A stretch of DNA of 32,000 nucleotides, taken from positions 600,001-632,000 of the forward strand of contig NC_014972.1 of the NCBI RefSeq assembly GCF_000186885.1, given 5' to 3'. The notes beneath the pieces were generated by a model. The model searched no databases and was not told where the DNA came from. It worked only from the letters and a program-made list of their open reading frames with translations. How positions within the stretch are numbered: position 1 is the stretch's first letter; the number at the start of each line of letters is the position of its first letter. Shown piece after piece: positions 25,737 through 32,000 of this stretch. The stretch comes from Desulfobulbus propionicus DSM 2032 (GTDB lineage Bacteria > Desulfobacterota > Desulfobulbia > Desulfobulbales > Desulfobulbaceae). The position numbers were made by a program, and so were the translations under genes.

Positions 25737-26025
25737 TTGATTTGAAAAAGTAAAATCAATTTAACCCGGATCGTGCCTCCAGGGGTGCTTCTGCGGCGTC
25801 TGGATAAGGCCGACGGGGCGAAGGCCCGCTTGTTGATCGGGCGGGGTGTCGCCAGTCAAGCTCATCATGGATGTTGTTGGCGAAAAAATTTTGTGCGGCA
25901 GGCCGTTTATGGCACACTGCGTTCATGAGCGTTTGTGCACGGGGTCCGTTGGTGGGCGATGACACGAAAAGAGCCTTTTCGGGGCCAGCGAGGCGAATCA
26001 GAACGGGATTGGTGAAAAAAACAAT

Positions 26026-29000
26026 ATGAGATCAATATGTTATTCTCCTATTTGGATTGCGCTGTCATTGCTGCCGGCGGTACAAGCGGCCGCGGCGCTT
26101 CCTGCGGCCTTCGATCTGCGCGACATCGACGGCCACAGCTTTATCGGCGGAGTGCGCGATCAAGGGAATTGCGGCAGTTGCTATGCCTTTGGCGCCGTGG
26201 CGGCGGCGGAGAGCACCTGGAACCGTGCCCATGGCTTGTATGACGAACAGGCCATCGATCTCTCCGAGGCATTCATGGTCTGGAGTCTCGGGCCTCTATA
26301 CGAGGGGATGGATGGGTGCAATGGCGGCAACATCCTTGACCCCATGAACGCCGTGGTTGAATACGGTGTGCCGGTGGAAAAGGTTTTTCCCTATCCCCTG
26401 CAGGATGACCAATGGACGGTCATCGAACCTGCCATCGGCCAGCATTGGGATGCTCCACGCCACCTCCTGCTCGATTGGTATCCTATTCCCCCCAACGACA
26501 TCGAGACCGTCAAACGGGTTTTGCACTCCATTGGCGCCATCCGCGCATCCGTTCTGGTCGAGGATGATTTCCAAAGGTATTCCAGTGGAATTTTTTCCAA
26601 CGACTACACGGCCATTGATTATATTATCCCCTATTATTCCAGTTCCAATCATGCGGTCAGCTTGGTGGGCTGGAACGATGCCCCCGGTCCGGAGGGCATG
26701 GGAAGCTGGATCTTGCGCAACAGCTGGAATGATTATTGGGGCGAGGATGGCTACATGCGCATCAGCTACATGTCCGCGGGCGTCAATCTGAAAAATTCCT
26801 ACCTGATCGCCGTCCCCTGGAGCGGTGAGAGCGTCGAGCTGGAAAACGACGGCCGATTGACGGCCCGTCCTTGGAGCGCCGGTGGCACGCTCAATGCCTA
26901 TGGTGTTGATCTGTGGGGCGGCGCCGCCAGCTCGGTGACCAATCGCGGCACCATCCTGGCCGAGGCGGACGGGGGGGAGGCGCTGACCACGGCCAGGGGC
27001 GTGTACCTCTGGGGCGGTCCGGAGGGATGGGTGACCAACAGCGGCGAGATTGCCGCCGTTGCCGCCAGCGCGACCAATCAGGCTATTGCCCATGGCATCA
27101 CGCTCCAAGGCGGTCTGGTGGACAATGCCGGCCGGATCAGCGCCGAGGCCGGCAGTGAAGCGAAACAGGCCCTGGCCTTTGGCGTGTGGGCCGCCAACGG
27201 CGGCAATCCTTTGACCGTGCGCAACAGCGGCACCATCACCGCCTCCACCAATGACGGTGTCCTGAACAGCGCCTACGGCATCTGGGGCGACAGCCGCGCG
27301 GGAATAACGGTCAGCAACAGCGGCATCATCGAGGCTTTTGGCCAGGAATGGGCGGTGGGCGCCTTGCTCTCCAATGGCCCCGTCCTGCTCGACAACAGTG
27401 GCACCGTCGCCGCGTCAGCCGATCCCGATACTGGAGTCGCGGTCGGCATCCTGACGACCAACCCGGGAACGATCGTCAACAGCGGCACGGTTCGCGGCCA
27501 AACCTTTTCCATCAATGCCTGGGACGATACGCAGCTGGTGCTGCGGACCGGCTCCGATCTCATCGGATCGGTGCTGTTGGAAGGACGCGCCGACCAGGTC
27601 CGACTTGCCGGGAGCGGCAGGGAAGATGAACGTTTTGCCGGAGTCGAAACCCTGATCATGGCGGGGTGGGACTGGACGCTCGCCGGTGATTCCACGTTCG
27701 GTTCCATCCGGGTCGTGGGTGGCCGGCTGGGCATCGACGGCGTGGTGCACGGGAACACCACGGTTCATGCCGGCGGCACCCTGGCAGGCAGCGGAACCGT
27801 GGTTGGTGAGGTGGTCAGTTCTGGCAGGGTGGCCCCCGGTCGCTCGATTGGACATCTGACCATCGACGGCGATTTTCGTCAAAACGCCAACGGCCTCCTG
27901 GCCATCGAAATCGGACGGGATAGCGCCGATCTGCTCACTGTCACCGGCACCGCCTCCCTGGACGGAACCCTGCGGGTCCTTCCCGACGGGTATGCTGCCG
28001 GCGGCTATTATACGTTCCTCGATGCCGGTGCCCTCGACGGCTCTTTCACCCTGGCACAAGGTGCGGCGGTTCTCGATGTCGACCTGGTGCCGCTCGGCTC
28101 CGACGGCTTGGCCCTGGAGGTCAGCCGCAACCGCTACGCCGATCTGTCGACGCCTGGCAACCACGGCATCGCCGCCAATCTGGACATGGTGCGCTCCACG
28201 GCGGCAGACGATTTCGCCGATGTCCTCGATCGCCTTGATCTGGCCATGACGAGCGACGATATGAACGCCTCGCTTGCTCAAATGACCCCGCGCATCCATG
28301 GGCTGGCCACCGTCCTTGCCCTGGATGACGGCCAGGCCGGCTTGGACAGTGTGCGCCGCCGCATGGAGCGGTTCGCCCCGACGGAGGACAGGGCGCGGGA
28401 CAACGGCCGCTCGACCACCGTCTGGATGGAGGCCCCTGGTCGCCATGGTCGGTACGACGCCGACGGGAACTCTTTCGGCGCCAGGAGCCATTCATTCGGC
28501 ATGTTGCTTGGCCTGGAGCGCACGACGGTCCATGGTCTGACCGTCGGCATGACGGGAGGGATCACGAAAAGCCGCTACCAATCGGACAGCGGCGGCGACG
28601 AAGGGGAAAACGCGAGCCTGCAGGGGTACCTGTACGGCTTTTGGCGCGATCCCCAGACCATGGACGGTTGGCGTTGGGGTGGGGCGATCGGCACCGGCGT
28701 GATCGATCTTGAAGGCGACCGCCATCTCTCCTTTGCCGGCCGACAGAGCCACAGCGACCATGACGCGCACTTGTTGGCGGGCACCCTTCTGGGCGGATAC
28801 GACTGGAGGTTCGGCAACTGGATCCTTGGTCCGACCCTGGGGCTCAACTGGGTTGCGCTCGACGAGGAGGGCTTTGCGGAATCCGGGGCCGGCAGTGCCG
28901 ATCTGATCATGCGGTCCCGGGAGAGCGATTCCCTGCAAGGAGTGGTCGGCGGGCGGATCGCCCATCCGTTCTCCTGGCAGGAACTGGTGCTTGAACCTGA

Positions 29001-29250
29001 AGTGCGGCTACAGTGGGTGCATGAATTCAGCCGCCAAACCGACGATCTGGAATCGCGGCTGGCTGGCGGGGGCGACTTCTTCGTGACCCCCGGCCGTGAT
29101 TTGGCCGCTAACGGCCTCATCATGGGAGCCGCGCTGCGGACGCGGTTCTCGGAAACGATGTTCACCCATCTCGGTTATGCGTGCACCCTGCGCGACCAAG
29201 GCGGCGAGACTGATCATGCCCTGTCCCTGCAATTGGGTTGGAGGTTTTAA
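26026..29250 (+). CDS. Type Va autotransporter with an N-terminal papain-like (peptidase C1) cysteine protease passenger
   Basis: Signal peptide ...LLPAVQA. C1 catalytic set: Q46, then GSC(52)YAF, then NHAVSLVGW, then RNSWNDYWGEDGYMRISY. Next come about 7 beta-helix-type repeats carrying N-S/R/A-G-x-I. The classic pre-barrel motif is GGTLAGSGTVVGEVVSSGRVAPGRSIGHLTIDGDFRQNANGLLAIEI. The C-terminal approximately 280-aa beta-barrel ends in LSLQLGWRF. Confidence 0.9.
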   Translation: MRSICYSPIWIALSLLPAVQAAAALPAAFDLRDIDGHSFIGGVRDQGNCGSCYAFGAVAAAESTWNRAHGLYDEQAIDLSEAFMVWSLGPLYEGMDGCNGGNILDPMNAVVEYGVPVEKVFPYPLQDDQWTVIEPAIGQHWDAPRHLLLDWYPIPPNDIETVKRVLHSIGAIRASVLVEDDFQRYSSGIFSNDYTAIDYIIPYYSSSNHAVSLVGWNDAPGPEGMGSWILRNSWNDYWGEDGYMRISYMSAGVNLKNSYLIAVPWSGESVELENDGRLTARPWSAGGTLNAYGVDLWGGAASSVTNRGTILAEADGGEALTTARGVYLWGGPEGWVTNSGEIAAVAASATNQAIAHGITLQGGLVDNAGRISAEAGSEAKQALAFGVWAANGGNPLTVRNSGTITASTNDGVLNSAYGIWGDSRAGITVSNSGIIEAFGQEWAVGALLSNGPVLLDNSGTVAASADPDTGVAVGILTTNPGTIVNSGTVRGQTFSINAWDDTQLVLRTGSDLIGSVLLEGRADQVRLAGSGREDERFAGVETLIMAGWDWTLAGDSTFGSIRVVGGRLGIDGVVHGNTTVHAGGTLAGSGTVVGEVVSSGRVAPGRSIGHLTIDGDFRQNANGLLAIEIGRDSADLLTVTGTASLDGTLRVLPDGYAAGGYYTFLDAGALDGSFTLAQGAAVLDVDLVPLGSDGLALEVSRNRYADLSTPGNHGIAANLDMVRSTAADDFADVLDRLDLAMTSDDMNASLAQMTPRIHGLATVLALDDGQAGLDSVRRRMERFAPTEDRARDNGRSTTVWMEAPGRHGRYDADGNSFGARSHSFGMLLGLERTTVHGLTVGMTGGITKSRYQSDSGGDEGENASLQGYLYGFWRDPQTMDGWRWGGAIGTGVIDLEGDRHLSFAGRQSHSDHDAHLLAGTLLGGYDWRFGNWILGPTLGLNWVALDEEGFAESGAGSADLIMRSRESDSLQGVVGGRIAHPFSWQELVLEPEVRLQWVHEFSRQTDDLESRLAGGGDFFVTPGRDLAANGLIMGAALRTRFSETMFTHLGYACTLRDQGGETDHALSLQLGWRF

Positions 29251-29458
29251 CATCGGTGGGAGGCTGGGGCGGCAGGCAAGACCGGCGGCCAAGCGACGCG
29301 CTTTCGGGGGCCACCACCGGACACAGAACCGCGTCCGAGCGCATGGGGCAAAGAGCGCAACGGCTGATTTTGCTTGACGCGGCTGCGCGAAAGCCGTCAT
29401 GATGGGCTGTTTTCCGACCACCAACGCCTTCTGGCAAAGCACGAACGGTTCGTCTCCC

Positions 29459-29893
29459 ATGTATCCTGTACGATTGATCGTTATCCTTCTATTCCTGGTA
29501 TCGTCCCCCCCGGTCTCCGCGCGCGCCGCAGGCGACGAGGAAGGGGCCACCCTGTACGGCCGAACCCTGCTTGAGCAGATCAACAATTACCGCCATGTCA
29601 ATGGGTTGAGCACGTTGCGGTTTGATCCCCGTCTGATCCGCCTGGCCCGCACCCATAGCTTCGAGATGTTTCAGCAGAAACGGGTCAGCCATCGCAATTT
29701 CAACGAGCGGTTTGAACGCGCGGGCAGCAACCTGTGCGTGGAGAATGTCGGCTGGAATTACAGCACGCCGCTCAAGCAGTTCGATGCCTGGCGCCATTCG
29801 AGCGGCCATGACGAGAACATGCTTAAAGAAGGTCTTTCCAGGGCCGGCATCGCCGAGGTTGGCAAATACGTGACTTTTTTTGCTTGCAAATAA
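29459..29893 (+). CDS. Secreted CAP/SCP (PR-1-like, YkwD-type) domain protein
   Basis: LLEQINNYRHVNGLSTLRFDPRLIRLARTHSFEM, ENVGWNY, AWRHSSGHDENML and AGIAEVGKYVTFFA follow the bacterial CAP-domain pattern. I chose the ATG at 29459 because MYPVRLIVILLFLVSSPPVSARA is then a normal signal peptide. The tracked start at 29399 would bury it. A possible promoter, TTGACG (29374..29379), 18-nt spacer, CATGAT (29398..29403), also favours the later start. Confidence 0.8.
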   Translation: MYPVRLIVILLFLVSSPPVSARAAGDEEGATLYGRTLLEQINNYRHVNGLSTLRFDPRLIRLARTHSFEMFQQKRVSHRNFNERFERAGSNLCVENVGWNYSTPLKQFDAWRHSSGHDENMLKEGLSRAGIAEVGKYVTFFACK

Positions 29894-30019
29894 GGCCGGG
29901 AAAAAGCGACTGGACGAGGACAGCGGCCAATTTCTTTCCCTGGAGCGTCAACGTGCGCCATTTGCCACTATCTTTTTTGCCCTGAATTCGCTATAAACCA
30001 CCCTGGCGCATCGGCGTGC

Positions 30020-30215
30020 GAGCCGTATGCGGTCAATCTTTCGGAGGAAACGGGTGCGATTCCCGTGCTGTCCCGCAACTGTGATTCCGCCGTCGGCGGA
30101 CAAGCCAGATACTCCTCGTGAACGCGGGTCTTCGTGGAATGAGACACCGGCGCCGTGCCTGCGGCATTCCGACTGCTCCCCGACGCATCACGCTGACTGT
30201 TCAACCCTGTCGCGG
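30020..30215 (+). promoter_or_regulatory. Cobalamin (B12) riboswitch
   Basis: GGAGGAAACGGGTGCGATTCCCGTGCTGTCCCGCAACTGTGA (30043..30084) matches the conserved cobalamin-riboswitch core pattern (GGGAA..GGTG.GAATCC....CCCGC.ACTGT). AAGCCAGATACTCC (30102..30115) is a B12-box-like segment whose CTCC can pair with the upstream GGAG. It sits directly 5' of cobU-cobS-cobC. The outer boundaries are approximate. Confidence 0.8.
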
Positions 30216-30255
30216 CCATCAGACGATCGGCCGGCAACTTTTCTGTGGTGGCTGT

Positions 30256-30834
30256 ATGGGGCGGATTATCCTGGTGACTGGTGGGGCCAGAAGCGGCAAG
30301 AGCAGCTTTGCCGAACAGCTGACCGGAGGGATGGGCGCGGAAATCGCCTATATTGCCACGGCCATGGCCCTCGATGCCGAAATGGAGGACCGGATCGCCA
30401 AGCACCGGCGGCAGCGCCCCGATTGCTGGCAGACCTTTGAAGCCCCGACCCACCCCGCCGGGGTGATCGGCGAGCGCGGCAACCACGTTGACGCCATTCT
30501 GCTGGATTGTCTGACGGTGATGGCCACCAACCGGATGCTCGATCAGCCCCCTTCCGTTGACTGGGAACACCCCACCGTGGCGCAGATGAACGCCATCGAG
30601 GCGAACGTGCTGGCCGAGGTCGAGGCGATCATTGCCGCCGCGACCGGTGTCCGGGCCGATCTGGTGGCGGTGACCAACGAGGTCGGTTTCGGCATCGTGC
30701 CGCTGTCACCGTTGTCCCGCTTCTTCCGTGACTGCGTCGGCCGGGTCAATCAGCGGATGGCGCGCGCCGCTGCGGAGGTCTACCTGGTGGTTTCGGGGAT
30801 CCCCGTGCGGATCAAGGGGGAGGGGGCGGCATGA
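30256..30834 (+). CDS. cobU: Bifunctional adenosylcobinamide kinase / adenosylcobinamide-phosphate guanylyltransferase
   Basis: MGRIILVTGGARSGKSSFAE (P-loop), IATA...DAEMEDRIAKHRRQRP, and VTNEVGFGIVP. I trimmed the tracked ORF (30118..) to the ATG at 30256 because the extra 46 codons lie over the riboswitch and leader. Confidence 0.9.
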   Translation: MGRIILVTGGARSGKSSFAEQLTGGMGAEIAYIATAMALDAEMEDRIAKHRRQRPDCWQTFEAPTHPAGVIGERGNHVDAILLDCLTVMATNRMLDQPPSVDWEHPTVAQMNAIEANVLAEVEAIIAAATGVRADLVAVTNEVGFGIVPLSPLSRFFRDCVGRVNQRMARAAAEVYLVVSGIPVRIKGEGAA

Positions 30835-31607
30835 AATCGCTCGTGCTCATGATTCAGTTCATGACCCGCTATCCGATTCCGCTGGAGATCGAGTTCACTG
30901 CCCGCCACTTTGTCCAGGGCATGAAGTGGATGCCGCTGGTCGGCCTGCTCGCGGCCTTGCCGGGAGCTGTCGGGTTTGTCCTGGCCGATGCCTGGCTCGG
31001 CCGGGAGGTGGCGGCCATTGTCGCCGTCATCCTGCTGATCACCGTCACCGGCGGCCTGCACCTCGACGGGATCGCCGACACCGCCGACGGCCTGTTCAGC
31101 TATCGGTCCCGCGAGCGGATGCTGGAAATCATGCGCGATTCCACCCTGGGGGCCAATGGGGTGATCGCCCTGGTGCTGACGATTCTGCTCAAGTTCATCC
31201 TGCTGCACAACATTGCGGATGACGGCGCGCTGCTGGCGGTGCTGCTCACCCCGGTACTTGGGCGCATGGCCCTGACCTGGCATTCGGCGGTGGCTCCTTA
31301 TGCCCGGGAGGAGCGGGGCATCGGCGATTACGTCAACCAGACCGGGCTTGCCCAGGCCGTGGCCGCCACCCTGCTGTCCCTGTGCCTGGTGAGCGTCCTG
31401 CTGGGGATGTTCGGCCTGCGGCCGGCATTGATCCCCGTGGTCACCGTGGTCCTGCATCTGCCGTCGATCGTGCTGGCGGTGCTGTTCGCCGCCTATCTCA
31501 GGCGGAGGCTGGGCGGGATCACCGGCGATACCATCGGGGCCAGCATCGAGCTGGCGGAGCTCCTCAGTTTTCTCGTCTTTCTTCTTGTGTGGAAATATAT
31601 GCTATGA
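30831..31607 (+). CDS. cobS: Adenosylcobinamide-GDP ribazoletransferase (cobalamin synthase)
   Basis: A polytopic membrane protein with FMTRYPIP, TGGLHLDGIADTADGLFS and GGITGDTIGA, which are CobS signatures. Its start overlaps the cobU stop (ATGA). Confidence 0.92.
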   Translation: MKSLVLMIQFMTRYPIPLEIEFTARHFVQGMKWMPLVGLLAALPGAVGFVLADAWLGREVAAIVAVILLITVTGGLHLDGIADTADGLFSYRSRERMLEIMRDSTLGANGVIALVLTILLKFILLHNIADDGALLAVLLTPVLGRMALTWHSAVAPYAREERGIGDYVNQTGLAQAVAATLLSLCLVSVLLGMFGLRPALIPVVTVVLHLPSIVLAVLFAAYLRRRLGGITGDTIGASIELAELLSFLVFLLVWKYML

Positions 31608-32000
31608 ACACGACCAAGCTGTATCTCATTCGCCACGGCGAGACCGAACAGAATAAAACCGGCATCCTCATGGGCAGCACCGACACCCCGCTCAACGATC
31701 ATGGACGGCTGCAGGCGGCCTCGTTGCGGGAGCGGATCAACGCCCTGGAGGTGGACACCATTTTTTCCAGCCCACTGTCGCGGGCGGTGGAAACCGCCAC
31801 CCTGGTATTTGGCGAGCAGGTCCCGATCATCACCGATTCCAGTCTGCAGGAATTCCACTTCGGCGAATGGGAGGGTATGCACTTTTCGCAGATCGCCACC
31901 CAGTATCCGGACATCTGGCAGATGTGGCTCACCGACTGGGAACAGACCCACATTCCCGGCGGCGAGGCCTTTCCCGCCTTCAAGCAGCGGGTGATCTCCT
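31604..32000 (+). CDS. cobC: Alpha-ribazole phosphatase (histidine phosphatase family), 3'-truncated by the window end
   Basis: Not in the ORF track because there is no stop in the window. The ATG at 31604 overlaps the cobS stop (ATGA). It translates to MNTTKLYLIRHGETEQNKTGILMGSTDTPLNDHGRLQAASL...SSPLSRAVETA...EFHFGEWEG, which contains the RHG catalytic motif. Confidence 0.85.
   Translation, partial: MNTTKLYLIRHGETEQNKTGILMGSTDTPLNDHGRLQAASLRERINALEVDTIFSSPLSRAVETATLVFGEQVPIITDSSLQEFHFGEWEGMHFSQIATQYPDIWQMWLTDWEQTHIPGGEAFPAFKQRVIS

Noticed and set aside
25756-25965. 69-aa minus-strand ORF between the FadL-like gene and the autotransporter
   Set aside because: It is Pro/Arg/Ala-rich, has no SD, and would start far from any promoter. 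It is most likely non-coding leader DNA.
27415-28491. 358-aa minus-strand ORF (and 26296..27108, 270 aa) inside the autotransporter gene
   Set aside because: Antisense to a gene with clear C1 protease, pre-barrel and beta-barrel signatures. The translations are Gly/Arg/Ala/Pro-rich.
29968-30570. 200-aa minus-strand ORF and the 46-codon 5' extension of cobU (30118..30255)
   Set aside because: Both overlap the cobalamin riboswitch and leader. cobU homologs begin at the P-loop (MGRIILVTGGARSGKS).
1-32000. Looked for mobile elements, CRISPR arrays, tRNA/rRNA genes, long direct repeats, toxin-antitoxin pairs and known defence-system signatures
   Set aside because: None seen by eye. I found no integrase, transposase or recombinase motifs, no regularly spaced repeats, and no tRNA-like T-arm (GGTTCGAATCC-type) strings. 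A computational scan (tRNAscan-SE, ISEScan, DefenseFinder or PADLOC) would be needed to be sure.

Overview
32-kb chromosomal segment, roughly 58% GC. Gene content and protein similarities look like a Desulfobacterota (delta-proteobacterial) genome; that taxonomic guess is inference only. I found no tRNA, rRNA, CRISPR array, IS element, integrase or prophage signature.

Gene order, left to right:
- 5' tip of a DUF4492-like small ORF (-), probably the start of a cyd operon
- Rrf2 Fe-S regulator (-)
- a 1063-aa uncharacterised membrane protein (-)
- a dCache-PAS-GGDEF(degenerate)-EAL protein (-)
- Tat-exported YcbK/MepK-like M15 peptidase (+)
- icd and comF (-)
- plsC, bamA, mfd and a yrfG-like HAD nucleotidase (+), followed by a clean bidirectional terminator
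- a membrane coiled-coil protein (-)
- a tightly packed minus-strand cluster: FadL-like outer-membrane channel, a cNMP-binding/SAM-methyltransferase fusion, and two paralogous multi-TM PAS HD-GYP proteins
- a large autotransporter whose passenger starts with a papain-like (C1) cysteine protease (+)
- a secreted CAP/SCP protein (+)
- a cobalamin riboswitch followed by cobU-cobS-cobC (+, cobC truncated by the window end)

The best candidate for an undescribed system is the FadL / cNMP-methyltransferase / 2x HD-GYP cluster, a possible lipid-ester signal coupled to c-di-GMP hydrolysis. Secondary candidates are the C1-protease autotransporter with its CAP neighbour and the orphan 1063-aa membrane protein next to Rrf2.

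Many long ORFs in the track are antisense shadows of real genes in GC-rich DNA, and I rejected them. All family assignments come from reading motifs by eye. No database search was run.
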